From: Octopus sinensis
Lineage: Eukaryota
Assembly (NCBI RefSeq): GCF_006345805.1
Contig: NC_043002.1
Location: forward strand, 15,004,001 to 15,068,000
Reading direction: 5' to 3'
DNA length: 64,000 bases
Below, piece after piece: positions 13,269 through 26,705 of this stretch. Within the stretch, counting starts at the first letter, position 1; every line of letters starts with the position of its first letter. The notes under the pieces are model-generated. The model ran no database searches and had not been told where the DNA came from. It was given only the letters and a program-made list of their open reading frames with translations. Both the position numbers and the translations under genes were made by a program.

Positions 13269-13478
13269 TGTGTCTGTGTTTGTCCCAACCAACATCGCTT
13301 GACAACCGATGCTGGTGTGTTTACGTCCCCATAATTTGCGATTCGGCAAAAGAGGCAGATAGAATAAGTACCAGGCTTCCAAAGAATAAGTCCCGGAGTC
13401 GATTAGCTAGATTAAAGGTGGTGCTCCAGCATGGCAGCAGTCAAATGATTGAAAAAAAGTAAAAGAGCAAAAAAGAGT
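13017..13478 (+). mobile_element. family A SINE, full length
   Basis: ggagtggctgtgtggttagtag head through the cagtcaaatgattgaaa tail. Confidence 0.85.
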
Positions 13479-13546
13479 AATGAGAGATTCAATGTACGTA
13501 CACATAAATGCGCACACAAGAGCACACACGCCCACGTATAATTATA

Positions 13547-13624
<78 letters not shown>

Positions 13625-13972
13625 TATGTATTTTACTCGCATGGAAAGCGATTATGAGTGTTTTGTGAGGAACTTTATTCAGCTACTTTTTGCCTAATAA
13701 AGCCTATGGCATAACAAAAGCCGTGTAGCAGATATATTAAAGTAACTTAATATAATTCTTTCCCGCCTACATATTCATTTCCTCGTTTATATATGCACGA
13801 CAGCGACGAGAAGATACGCATTAGTATGGCGATTGTGTATGACTTTTAATTTATTTCTCCTAAATGACACGCACCCGATGTATTACTTGCAGAGATATGT
13901 AAGAGAATAACTATTTATATTGTATCTTCGTATACAAACAAGCTCATACATACACACATGCACGCATATACA

Positions 13973-14033
<61 letters not shown>

Positions 14034-14141
14034 GTGTGTATGGGTATATAAGTGATTGCGTTTATTTATGTATATATAGTTAATATTGTTATGTAATGGT
14101 ACATAAACATATACGTACACATGCGCGCTTCGGCGCACGTG

Positions 14142-14184
<43 letters not shown>

Positions 14185-15124
14185 TGATAGGTAGATAGGT
14201 AGATAGATAGATAGATATATAGAGAGATACGTGTATAATTATATTTGTACATACACACGGAGAGACAGGTTTACGCATAACACTGAGACAATCATAAGTC
14301 AGGTACACACATAAAATCTGAGTACTGATATATTTTTATACGTATTTAAACCTAAGTGAAAATGCCTCTGGAAATTTTCGTGTTAGCGCGTCGATGTATT
14401 TTTGCATTTCTCTTTATATCACTGTTCGTTTTCGCTATAATTTGCCTCGTACTTTCTTCACTGCTTATCAATACCGATAAAATCTCATATTCCTTTAACT
14501 TCTTTCTAGCATATCTGTACGTACGTGCCTGTGTTTGTTCATGCTTCTTTTAACGTTTGTCCATGTGTACATTTTTGCGCGTGTGTTAGCGTCGTAATAA
14601 TTGTTTTTATAATTCTATGTGTATTTCTGTACAATAATACAATCTTTCATTCTTCTCTACGGAGCTGATTTCTTCTTCTATTATCATTCTGTATATCATT
14701 ATGCCATCACTTTTGTATAATTGCCTAGCTCTTAGGAAACAGATTTCCCTTGAAGGCCAGATTATAGCACAGTAGGTGAATAATACTAAGTGAAATGTTA
14801 TATAATCACATTTTTCTAAACCTCTCTTTAACAGATTTGTTCATATGTTGTTTCTGCACTATACATATTTAACTTTACATTACTGATATGTTAAGGCATT
14901 TATATATACACCTATATAAAAATTAGGGCGGGATAATGATAAAAAACGCACATACTGTTAAAATCTAAGGGACATGCTCAACTGTACAAGGGCAAGCAAC
15001 TGATAGATAAATCTGGGGTATGTAGCCCATCTTCTACACCAAGATAATACACACACATAGTAGAAATTCCTATATATTAAGATCAGAAGCCATTAGTGCC
15101 ACTGTTTTATAGTGCTTAAGGGCA

Positions 15125-15320
15125 TTTATTATTATTTTGATTATGCTCCGGTTTCGTGGGTACTAATTTACTACCTGTTTCTTTAGGTATTCAGGAATTT
15201 TCGGCAGTCTTTCAAGGGCTTGTATCAATCCTGATAATTCTTGCTGCCCCTAAGAAAGAAACGTTCTGTAGGAGCTCTATTTCACTCGCCTCCAGCCATT
15301 TGTCTATATATTGGCTTTTT
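15125..15320 (-). mobile_element. R4/Dong-like LINE C-terminal fragment (second subfamily)
   Basis: QYIDKWLEASEIELLQNVSFLGAARIIRIDTSP* resembles the IELLQK..LLGTARILR terminus. It abuts a (TCT)n/(TAT)n tract. Confidence 0.55.
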
Positions 15321-15345
15321 TCTTCTTCTTCTTCTTCTTCTTCTT

Positions 15346-15376
<31 letters not shown>

Positions 15377-15379
15377 TTC

Positions 15380-15447
<68 letters not shown>

Positions 15448-15487
15448 GTCGTTGTTGTTGTTTTTGTTGTTTCTTTTCATTATACTA

Positions 15488-15556
15488 CAAATTTTCTTCC
15501 ATTTCTCACCGAGTGTTTTCCGTATACCTAGGGCAGAGAAGCTAATTGTATGCATA
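15488..15556 (-). mobile_element. extreme 3' end of the same R4/Dong-like family as 2886-3302
   Basis: caaattttcttccatttct...cctagggca.agaa.ct matches ~2901-2970. Embedded in (TTA)n. Confidence 0.75.
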
Positions 15557-15569
15557 ATTATTATTATTA

Positions 15570-15727
<158 letters not shown>

Positions 15728-16173
15728 GTTGTTGTTGTTATCATTATTGTGAAAAAGAAGGGAATCAACACTATCAAGTGAATAGTTTCATATTGGTTAA
15801 CCGCATAAGGACGAAGTGCTAAGTTTGTGAAGGGTGGATTTGAATATAAAAAAAAAACCTGAACAAATATTACAAGGCATTCTATTTGGCGCTTTAACTG
15901 TTCTGTTACTTCATCGCTTTTGCATTTAGACGTAATGCAGTATGACTTGCTGATTTTTCCCTTCAAATATCAACGGTGTTCAATCGCGTTCATTGATGGC
16001 TTTCCCATTAATGCATCTATGTACAGTAATTGTGTTCTGTTTCCCATACACTATAATATATAGAGACTTGTGATAAGGTAAATATCTGCATGACTGCTTG
16101 CGCTGTTTTAGTTGGAGAGAAAGTATGCCCTGCGACTTCTCTCTTATAAGATATTTTCGGAAAGCATAGGCAC

Positions 16174-16735
<562 letters not shown>

Positions 16736-19180
16736 GTGTATATATGCCCTCTCTTTCTAAGCAAAGTAGTTAGAGATTTGGCTGTTATGTCTAGCCAATT
16801 AATTCGTCACCTGCATCTTGTGTCTTTTGGATTCATACTAAAATATATTTTGTCTCCCATAATGAATCTTATCGTTAATAACTCTTTTTAGTTGTGTTTA
16901 TGAGCTATTTTCTTCCCTGATGTCTTCTTCCTAGTATATTATTGCTTTTGTTTGTTAATCTTCATAAAACAGGATTATACACATGTGTCAGTTATATTTA
17001 TTTCGTCTCTTCTTTCGTTTTTGTAATCTTCCTGCTTCTAATATTCCCAAACGTGTAATTTTCATTGCAGTTTTACTTTCCGTATTTATTCATCTCCTCT
17101 CTAATCCTTCATCGCCAATTTCGTCAACTTCTTTGTAAAGGATGTTTTCCTCATTTCATATTTTTCATATTATTCCATATATCTTTTTTTTTCTTCGTCA
17201 TATCCCCGTTAACACAATTCTTCTCACAAGTCTCATCACTCCCTGATCTAATTATTATCAATTCATCTAGTTATATATGCTGCTGTTTCTAAATTCTTCT
17301 CATTTTCAGGCATGCATCCCCAAGTCTTTTTTATGTTTTCAATAAAGCACTACAGTAAATTACATTACTATAACGCTAGTAATCACCATTTTTTGGGGCT
17401 AAATTGATTGATGTATTCGGTTCCTCTTAATATCATACACGACTCCATTATAACTTACATGTTTTTTTCGCCATTCCTTTAATAAATGAGTACGTTGCTA
17501 TGAAGTGTTAAGAGACACTTTATTGGAAACAAGATTGTTATTACATTGCTACTAGCATTATTAAGAATATTTTGGGTGTGACAGAATGAATAAGTACGCA
17601 GGTAGAATATATTTCATGTAGTATTTAATTATAAACCCTTAGTTGCGGGTTCAAACGCTGGCGGAAATCGCGCTGCTCAACACGATTTTGCTGTCAAAAA
17701 AATTTACAACAGCCAAGTGTTGACTTTTGATGTAATGGACGATATACAAAAAACAATGCAATGGCGGTAAGGATTATTGCTTCTATTGTTTGTCATCTTT
17801 GTCTTTTGCAGTTACACTATCCCATAGTCCATTTTTTAGAAGAGTAATTTGCTTTGTCATTTAATTTCAAAAATCGAATCTCTTCCAACTCGACTATGCG
17901 TAATCGATTTCTTTCTATCAGAAATTCCATTTCTCCGAATTAGTTCTTCGTAACCTTCTGAAATTTATTTTTCCTGTGAACATTTGTTTTATCTACGAGA
18001 AAGATATCCAGATTTGCTATCATCTATTTTGATTTATTTAAATACGTATGACAGAATGTATCGCGTTTCAATTTAAATCTGTTGTATTGCGTGATATAAA
18101 TAATATTCAAACATAAGCATATTCATAAAATTCTCATAAGTACGAAAAAAATATGCGTAAAGTGGTTTTTGACATTACAATTTGAAGAAAGAATATCATA
18201 CATTGGTGATTATCAAAATCTATCTTCAAGCCATAAGAACGAAATATTTATTTCCAGGTTATCCATCTTCGTTAATCCCGTAACTATCCCTAGGTCGATC
18301 ACGACGACGAGTCTTTATGTTGATCTGATAAACAAGAAACCTGGTCGTGAAATAAATGTGCAAGTGGCTGAGCACTCCACAGACACGTGTACTCTAAACA
18401 TAGTTCCCAGAGAGATTTAGTGTGATGCAAATTGGGCATTAGTCGCTCATTTTAATTACAGGTACTTCTCGTTTTTACCAGCTGACTGGACTCGAGTAAC
18501 GGAAAATAAAGGGCCTTGATGAAGGACACCGGTAATCGAAATCAGGACCTGACAATCGAGTTGCCAATACACGTAAACGCTGAGACACGCGCCTTAACAA
18601 ATCGTGTAAATAGAAACAATAACGTAGGGAAATCTGGAACTTTTCATCTAATTGATATAGTAGATAGATTTAACTCACTTAAATGATATTATACACTCCT
18701 AAGAAGATGTATATCGTGAATATGAATGGCCAAACTTTTCATTCACATTTATTCGCTTCATCACGGCTAAAGCTGTCCACGAATAATAAATAACTATGCA
18801 ACTATAGCATCGAGAATTAAGATGCCTCTCAATATCCGTGTTCTACCTAATAATATGGAAGGTAACGTTACGATGTTAATGAAAGTAGTAGGAAGCGACG
18901 TATCTTGAGAATGTTGCCTCATCCGCCACAATATATGTACAAACACACGCACACACACACACAGCCACACCCACACATATACACATAAATGTCGAACGCT
19001 GAAAAATAGTGCTCAATACCGCATTGGGGGATAGATCTTCTTTATTTGCGAATTAAGACTACCGTAAATTTCACGTTAAGAAAAAGAGGAAAATATCTTA
19101 ATATCTTAATTTTTTAAGCCGACCACATGGATGAATCGTGTTCGTCTTCCACTTGGATAAATAACTAGACACACACACAC

Positions 19181-19213
<33 letters not shown>

Positions 19214-21040
19214 TGTATGTATGTATGTATGTATGTGTGTTTGTATGTTTACATTACTACATTATTCATTTTTGCTCCTCTTGGTTTCAGCCAACCGGTG
19301 GCGGTGATGCTAGAGCACCATGCCTATTTTGAAACTTTGCTTATGATTCTCTCTCGGCTTATTTACTCAGTCTGGTGGCGCTTCACATCACAACTCATGT
19401 ATGTTCCTTTGTCCCATCTGTCGACCCATTTGGTTTATGAGGGATTTTGACACCTCTGTCAACGTATATATATATATATATATATATATATCCTTACATA
19501 GTGACCTGTACGATTGATTGGGGAAGCAGTGTCGTTACAAATACTTGATATTTATTCAAATATTCCCAAGCTCTCAAACGTTTTTAATATACAGCTCTGA
19601 AAATTAGATGTGATATGCACATGCTATACATTTACAATCACAAATAACAATTGAGTTTACCATGAGTTCTAATTTTTCCAACTATATTTTCAATGAAGTC
19701 TTAAATAATTCTAAATAACAATACTCCCTTACATCAAAATGCGCACTGTAATTTTACAGACAAAAGAGAAAATAATATAGAAAAATAAAAACAATCACTA
19801 AGATATTAATTAATAAATCAAGCCATTTGGTTTGATCTGATTTCCTTTTATCTTAATCAAATTGAGTCTACAAAATTAATACACACTGTGTATTCAATGA
19901 TTTGGCTGTTTTTCTAATTAAAACAAACACCTGATCAGAAACAATATTTATAAAGCTAAATAGAATCTATCGCTTTGTGGTTTCTGGAACTTTCAATTAT
20001 GTTTTCAAAATTAAAAGCAAATATTACTTTTGCTATAAGACGTATATTCCGATCTCAAATATCAAAATTTGTATAGTGCGGTACATTTCATTCTATATAA
20101 AATATATTTAACTTCTTCTGGAATGATTCTGCAATTCCGAAGTAACGAATAAAAAAAATATTTTTAGGGTGAAAAGATCCTTGAAATTATGGTCATTGCA
20201 TACTACAGAATGTTGCACCTTTCAAGTTAAAGTTAAGACTGAAAACGAGTTGGAATCCCTGTTGTCCTTTCTGTGAAAAAGCTGGTGCGGTGCATGCTTG
20301 ACACAAATAACTAACTCTATGTGTATCAGGTTGATTTACATTAAGTCTGTAATCATTTAGAAGATACTTTTTTCTAAATCTGACCACACTTTTGGAATAC
20401 TCTATTATAAAGTTGTACAATGCTTAATGTAGAGTCAAATGGAAATTCTGTAAGTCAGTTCTTAAAAATATATGGTTTCTTTCATTCTAAAATATGTTCA
20501 TATATCTTAACATTTGCTTCTTCATTTATATTTCCTTGTTTTATGTCTGTATCAAGTAAATTCACTATATTTCAAAAATGAGAAAATATACTTGCACATA
20601 GCTGGAACACCTTTCAAGAATCAATAAAAAAAAATGAGTGGGAAGTATAAATTTTTATTTATGATTCTTTTTGAGAACTCAAAGAACACATTCACAAATA
20701 TATTACTTTTACCTTTTAGAAGAAACATTATGTTTGTAAACCATAACTTATCATTTGCTGTGTTTCAAGCATACTATTCATTCAACAAATAACCATATGT
20801 TTGAATATATCATTCAAAATATTGTTTTCTAACACTAAACTGCATTAATCTTTATAACGTATAGTACTAAAACTTCAGACATCATATATGATTGATTATG
20901 ATGGTGGCATCTATGCACCTTCATTTGAAACTATTTAAATTGTTTCTAAAAATCTATCAACAATTAGGATTACAGATTTAAGTAATGGTGTATAAAATGT
21001 CACCATATTATCATAGCGTTATGGTCACGTCTTAATATAT

Positions 21041-21338
21041 GCAAGAGTTGTGGCATACTCCTGTGATCCAGCTACTCGGAAGTTCGTTCGGTGGGCAAAT
21101 TTCAGAATGGGAATGTTTGGAGTTGGTATTTTATAGCAATCACTTGTCCGCGCTGAGCTCGGCATCAATATGGTGCATGTGAAGAAAATCATCAGAACCA
21201 GATTTTCTAAAGGATGCGTGTCGATACAGCCTAGGGCAGAAATACATTACGCAATAGCCCACGTGTCGAACAGTAGTGGGATCGCGCCTGTGCAAAGTCG
21301 TCAACTGCCAGCATGTTTGATACAACTGAACACAGACA
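21041..21338 (+). ncRNA. RN7SL: 7SL / signal recognition particle RNA homologue (298 nt) with a divergent S domain
   Basis: Alu-domain motif GUGGC...CCUGUGAUCCAGCUACUCGGA. Blocks UCGGCAUCAAUAUGGUG (21159-21175) and CAGUAGUGGGAUCGCGCCUGUG (21271-21292) match metazoan 7SL as recalled. Helix-5 pairings hold (21086-92/21325-31, 21121-26/21301-06, 21159-65/21263-69). A TTTT Pol III terminator follows at 21339-21342. Confidence 0.9.
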
Positions 21339-21614
21339 TTTTGTATAGGCACATGTGGATCTACTTGTTACAAGTTTGCTTCTGAGGAACATTTTTCTGA
21401 GATCAGTCCCACAGTGTGGCATCTTGGGCGAGCGTCCTCTATTAGCCACGACACATTCTTTATTTTCTCCCCTTGTTTCTTTCTGTGGAAGAGCGTAGGC
21501 TCGAGACATTAAAGAGTTTTTTTCACTTCCCGAGCGTTATCTCTTTGTGGTCTATACCACATGTCTTCATCTTTTGTTTTTCTGTAAATTCTCCCTATAT
21601 ACATATACATATAC

Positions 21615-21715
<101 letters not shown>

Positions 21716-21773
21716 TATATATATATATATATTTATATATATATTATATATTTATATATATATATTTATATAT

Positions 21774-21823
<50 letters not shown>

Positions 21824-21964
21824 CGATATAGTGTATATTTATACACATAAGGAATCCACTTAACGTGAATTCAACACATTAGAAAGAACAGCTAGGTTCC
21901 GTAAACCACAAAAACAACGGATACGATTCGACAGGAATAAATTTGGAAATGAAAAACATTTACC

Positions 21965-22322
21965 AGTTCAAATCCAGCGTGTTTCGAAGGTGAGGACAGA
22001 ACACGTCTCGTCGGCGGCCTTATTCAAGTAAACATGTTTCTTCCTGCGCTCCTGAAAAAAATTTTTCCTCGTCTACGCTTATAGGCCCTCTTTATTTGTT
22101 TTCCTGTCCTGTTTCTATTCCTTCTTGTACTGTATTTTTGGTAATTGTATTTTTATTTTGTATTTGTTTTTAATTGTATTGTTTTTACGTCCTGTTTTTG
22201 TCACATATTTTTTCATTGTTTTTACCCCTCTGCAAAGGAATTTTATTTAATTCTTTCGCAGGAAGGACTAGTTCTACGAGACGTATTCTGTCCTCACCTT
22301 CGAAACACGCTGGAGTTGAACT
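21965..22322. repeat. inverted repeat, 47 bp arms (45/47 identical), ~265 bp spacer
   Basis: agttcaaatccagcgtgtttcgaaggtgaggacagaacacgtctcgt at 21965-22011 and its reverse complement at 22276-22322. Confidence 0.9.
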
Positions 22323-22638
22323 AGGGACAGCTGATGAAGGGGATTTGTCGTTGTGTAGTTGTCTTGTACTCTGTTTTTTCGTTGTAAAAAAATGGTCCGT
22401 TCCATGCTGTTTTTACGTTTTCGTTTCTCGTTGAATTCTACGTCTATTTGTGGTGTACTGTACACACGTATATATATTTATATATGCATGTATATATACA
22501 TGTAGATGTAGGTACGTACATATATGTTTGTATGTATGCATATATTTTATTTATTACACTATTGTATGACTGAGCGACTTCGCGTCGATTCGATTCGATT
22601 CGTTTGGTTTCGTTTCGTTTCTTCTTCTTCTCTAAGCT

Positions 22639-22701
<63 letters not shown>

Positions 22702-25700
22702 TGTTGTTGACGCGTTCAAAATTGGTCTGTATTTTGTAATAAAGTGAGTCTCTTCACCAATTCGTTGGCTACATGTTGTATCGCCCCTGAATTGGTAGAG
22801 GGTAACAATTGTGAAGCTTGGATTTATGTTATTGGCGCAAATTTCTGTGTTGGCTGAATGCTATTTTTGTGTTTTGGGGACTTTTGATCTGAGATCTGTG
22901 CCGAGGCATTCTTTTACGTAGACAATATGCAAGAGAGATCAATATACTATGTCATGGCCTAAGCCGAAAATATAACTATACTTCGCTTGATGACATTCTC
23001 CCAAATTTGTTTAACCACTATCAAGCACTTAGATATGTTATGATATGAATACATTCCGCTATAGCACGACGGTTTGTAACAATTCGGCTGTGTCATAGAA
23101 TTCTAATCAATGTTCTATCGATGTTGGTGCTGCCTGATAACATATTGTAAACTCAGTTATACCTATACTTGCTTATTAGTCATCCATCGGCATATGCCAA
23201 GCTGAAAGAAGGATATCAATGAAATACTTTAACATATCTTACTGAATATGTTCTGTATTCAAGAAATATGGTTCATTCAAAATAACAGCTTAGAAGCACA
23301 ACACGCGAAATAGTCCTGAATCTTCGAGAGTTTCTTATTAGCAGATGACAAGCTGTGAAACCAAGGAAAATACAGTACCTAACAGTTGTTATTATCTGTC
23401 GTAACAAACTACTATTTATTTTTTGAAAGAGCATAGATATGTTCTACACACATCCTCAATAACGAAGCACCACCTCCATAAGGAAGTTGTGACCCGCATG
23501 GATAAAATGCGGCAGACACTTCACATTCGTTTCTCCTCAGAAGACACTCATTAAAAAAAACTCTGCTATGAAATCTTTCTCCACACCAATTGACTGACAG
23601 AAGTTAAATAGAAACGATAAAACCAGCTACTAACGTAAGTGATAATGGGCTGCAACATCCAATGGACCTGTCTCCCTTCTTCCGACGTTATAAGTAACAC
23701 CCGTTGTTGCGTAGAGTGTTTTAATAAATAGTACTGTATATGATCGTACGACGTTAGGGGATATTCGTTGCTTATAAAACAGCGTTATCTCTCAGTTTGA
23801 ACGTGCACAGAAATAGTTCTTAAGTGGAATATACATTTATTGTATACTTTCCATATGAGTATTCAGCACAAAAATTCCAAAAGGTACTTTCAAATAAACT
23901 CTCCGTAAATTTTACCAGAATTATTCATATCAACATTTAATTATTTTTTATTCAAACAAGCTAGCACTACTTGGCGACGTTGAATTAATTTCTGAAGAAT
24001 TAATTGTTTCATAAATATATTGCGAAAATTTATAGGGAAATTCAATAGAGCTTGGAAGGAAATATACATCCTTTTATTTCATTCAATGATTAAATTATGA
24101 ACCTTTCAAGTGTTTAACGCATTTGAAAGAAATAAACGAATTATGTAATAAAATTGCTTAATATGAATGGCGTCTTGCTTCGCTGAATTGAATATTCAAT
24201 ATTTGAAATAATTTATCTATTGTACGAGATTGTTTTACCGTACAGGGAAGTAACAAAAATGAATAACTTCTATACATACGAACTGAAACTAAATATAGTA
24301 ATTTATGAGTGTATATTGTTATCAATGGACAAATATATAATAGACAGTAAAATATTCCACATGCCGAAATAAATTTATTGTGAACTTCATAATCGGTACA
24401 ATGCAACCAGACTAATATTTTATCATCTTAGCATAACTTTATAACTACATATATTCTAGGATGGCATGTTCAGTATATTTTGCATTATGTCCGGATAAAT
24501 TATAGCTGATCTGTTTTAAGGAAGGAGTATTTTATATACCGATATACTGCTTTTAATAAGAAATATTAATAGTTCATATTGGTAAATGTTTTAATATAGT
24601 CTATTCATTACACTCAGTCACAAAATATTAGATGAAAGGAAAGAGTACTGACAAAATGAAAATCGAAATCAATAAGGAAAATTAAATTACGAGGTATTTA
24701 AATTGATGTGATGATATATCAATATATATATATTATAACATAATAAATAATGTGCCATGAATGTACAAAAGTGTATTTGAATTTCAATTATACACAAATT
24801 GCTTTAATGTATGTTTTCTTACAAAAAAAATTACTGAAATAATTAAAGACAAAAACATAACAAATTGATGATAAATCAAATTGTTTCTTCTTTCCTTTAT
24901 GAAATATTATTGTATATAAATGATATTTGCTGAAAGGTAATGATATTATAAAGATATCATTAAACATCAATAGCTATTTTATTTGTTAAACAAATAGAAT
25001 TAATATTTTGTGTAAAAGATTAAGAGCGAATAATTTCGAAAGAAAAATCAGTTTTTTTTCTTTATTATATACTCATTGAGATCGTGAGTATATATTTTTT
25101 AGAATGCGCCAAATATAATTTCTGTGATTCTATATCAGTTTTAAACACACAAGAAGTGCTTCAATTCACACAAATATGCGTTGTTATTTTTCCACTTTTG
25201 TGTAATAAAGTGGTTTGTGACGAATAATTTGTAGTTGTCTGTTTATTATTTTATGTTAATTTCCCACTAAGGAGACACAAAAGAAGATCGAAACTCCGCA
25301 GTGCCTAAACGATCCCTTCACCGATGACCTGATATATAACGTATGCTACGTAAGCATCGCCTAAAGGAAAGAGACGTTCTCCGATGACGAACAGATTGCG
25401 GCGGTCATTCACTTTTGCCTCAGGCAAGATGCATTAAGAACGCATAAATATATTGTAGTTAGGATAGTTGCTCGAAAATTTGCTCTCTGCAATTCTATGA
25501 GGAAATGTAACATGTGTACTACTGTTTTTGTAATTTCCAAGGAACATAAGTTTAAAAGATGTGTCATATTTTATGAACTCTAAGTTGATTTGATAATCTC
25601 ATGCATAGTAGGTCCAGAAATGGTCAATTATTTTTATGAGAAACGGGGCAGTCACATTAACCATTATATAATATTATCTGAAAGGCTACTAAAAAGTGTT

Positions 25701-26513
25701 TTTTTGTGAAATATATTACGTTTACATTGAAAACTTTTTTATACATCTGTTATGAAATATGTCCTCACAATTAAATGTACTTTTTAACATTGACCAAGAG
25801 GCATGATATCCAAAACAATGACTCAGTTAATTATGTATTCATTTGATGTATCCATCAAAAATAAAAACAAATACACCTACTTCTGTAAAAGTAAAATCTA
25901 TTCTACTCATTGATAAATTTTATGTTAGCAAGTAAGCACGTTTGTTTTCAAGAGAAAAATGAATGGAAATAAATAAAGGGTTAACAAAAATACTTAAGAT
26001 GTTACGAGCATTAATATGAATTTCTTCTTACTAAAGCACACGCCAATTTCTATTTTATTTCTTTTGCTAACAATATTTTATACCTCTAATATACGAACAT
26101 TTCAGCGTAAAGCAAACTACGGTATCATTTAGTACAAAATCAGCTGGATCGAAATAATAATCACATATCAGTCGTTATGCCGTATGTACACTTCTATGCA
26201 TTTACGTCTGGAAGCAACATGTTTTTGACAATAGCAAATATAATTTAATCGTAGAATGAATAACGACCTCAGCGAGAGATAATATATTAAAGAATATATG
26301 ATATTCAAGAAAAAAATCCATTGAGTCATATATTTGTTATAACTTATAATTCTTCCATATGCAATTCATAATGGTGTCTTTGGATATTGCTATTTGATTT
26401 CCAGGAAGAAGCAGATTGAAAAGACCTTTAATTAAAGGTAATTCAAAGAATACGTAGATTCTTTTTGTGATCATGGCAATATTGCGAATACTCGTTTACC
26501 TTATTCTTTAAAA

Positions 26514-26705
26514 CAGCGCTTCTTAAACCATGGGTTGCGACTCCATTTGGGTTCGCGAAGTGAAATGCTGGGGTCATGAATATCACATTCAAACACTTGA
26601 TTTTCAGTTTATATTTTATTTTACCAACACATATTAAGTACTCTAGGTCGTAAAAAACTCGTGATGAAAAATGGGGTCACGAACGAAAAGGTCTAAGAAG
26701 TTCTG
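26514..26705. mobile_element. hAT (Charlie-like) MITE
   Basis: Imperfect TIRs cagcgcttcttaaacc / ggtctaagaagttctg. Flanks ctttaaaa / ctatagaa resemble an 8 bp hAT target-site duplication. Confidence 0.6.

Noticed and set aside
20168-20280. Possible terminal exon after a TTTTTAG acceptor
   Set aside because: All frames stop quickly, and there is no recognisable motif or partner exon.
20990-21040. CRE-like (gtcacgtc) and TATA-like sequences upstream of the 7SL-like gene
   Set aside because: Spacing does not match known Pol III upstream elements, and such motifs are common in AT-rich DNA.
21484-21520. Hammerhead-like ctgtggaagagcgtaggctcgagac (and the related minus copy near 40600)
   Set aside because: Core residues are changed (CUGUGGA, GAGA), so it is not counted as a ribozyme.
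22295-22345. GAAAC...CUGAUGA arrangement suggesting a type-II hammerhead
   Set aside because: No NUH triplet or stem III can be formed.
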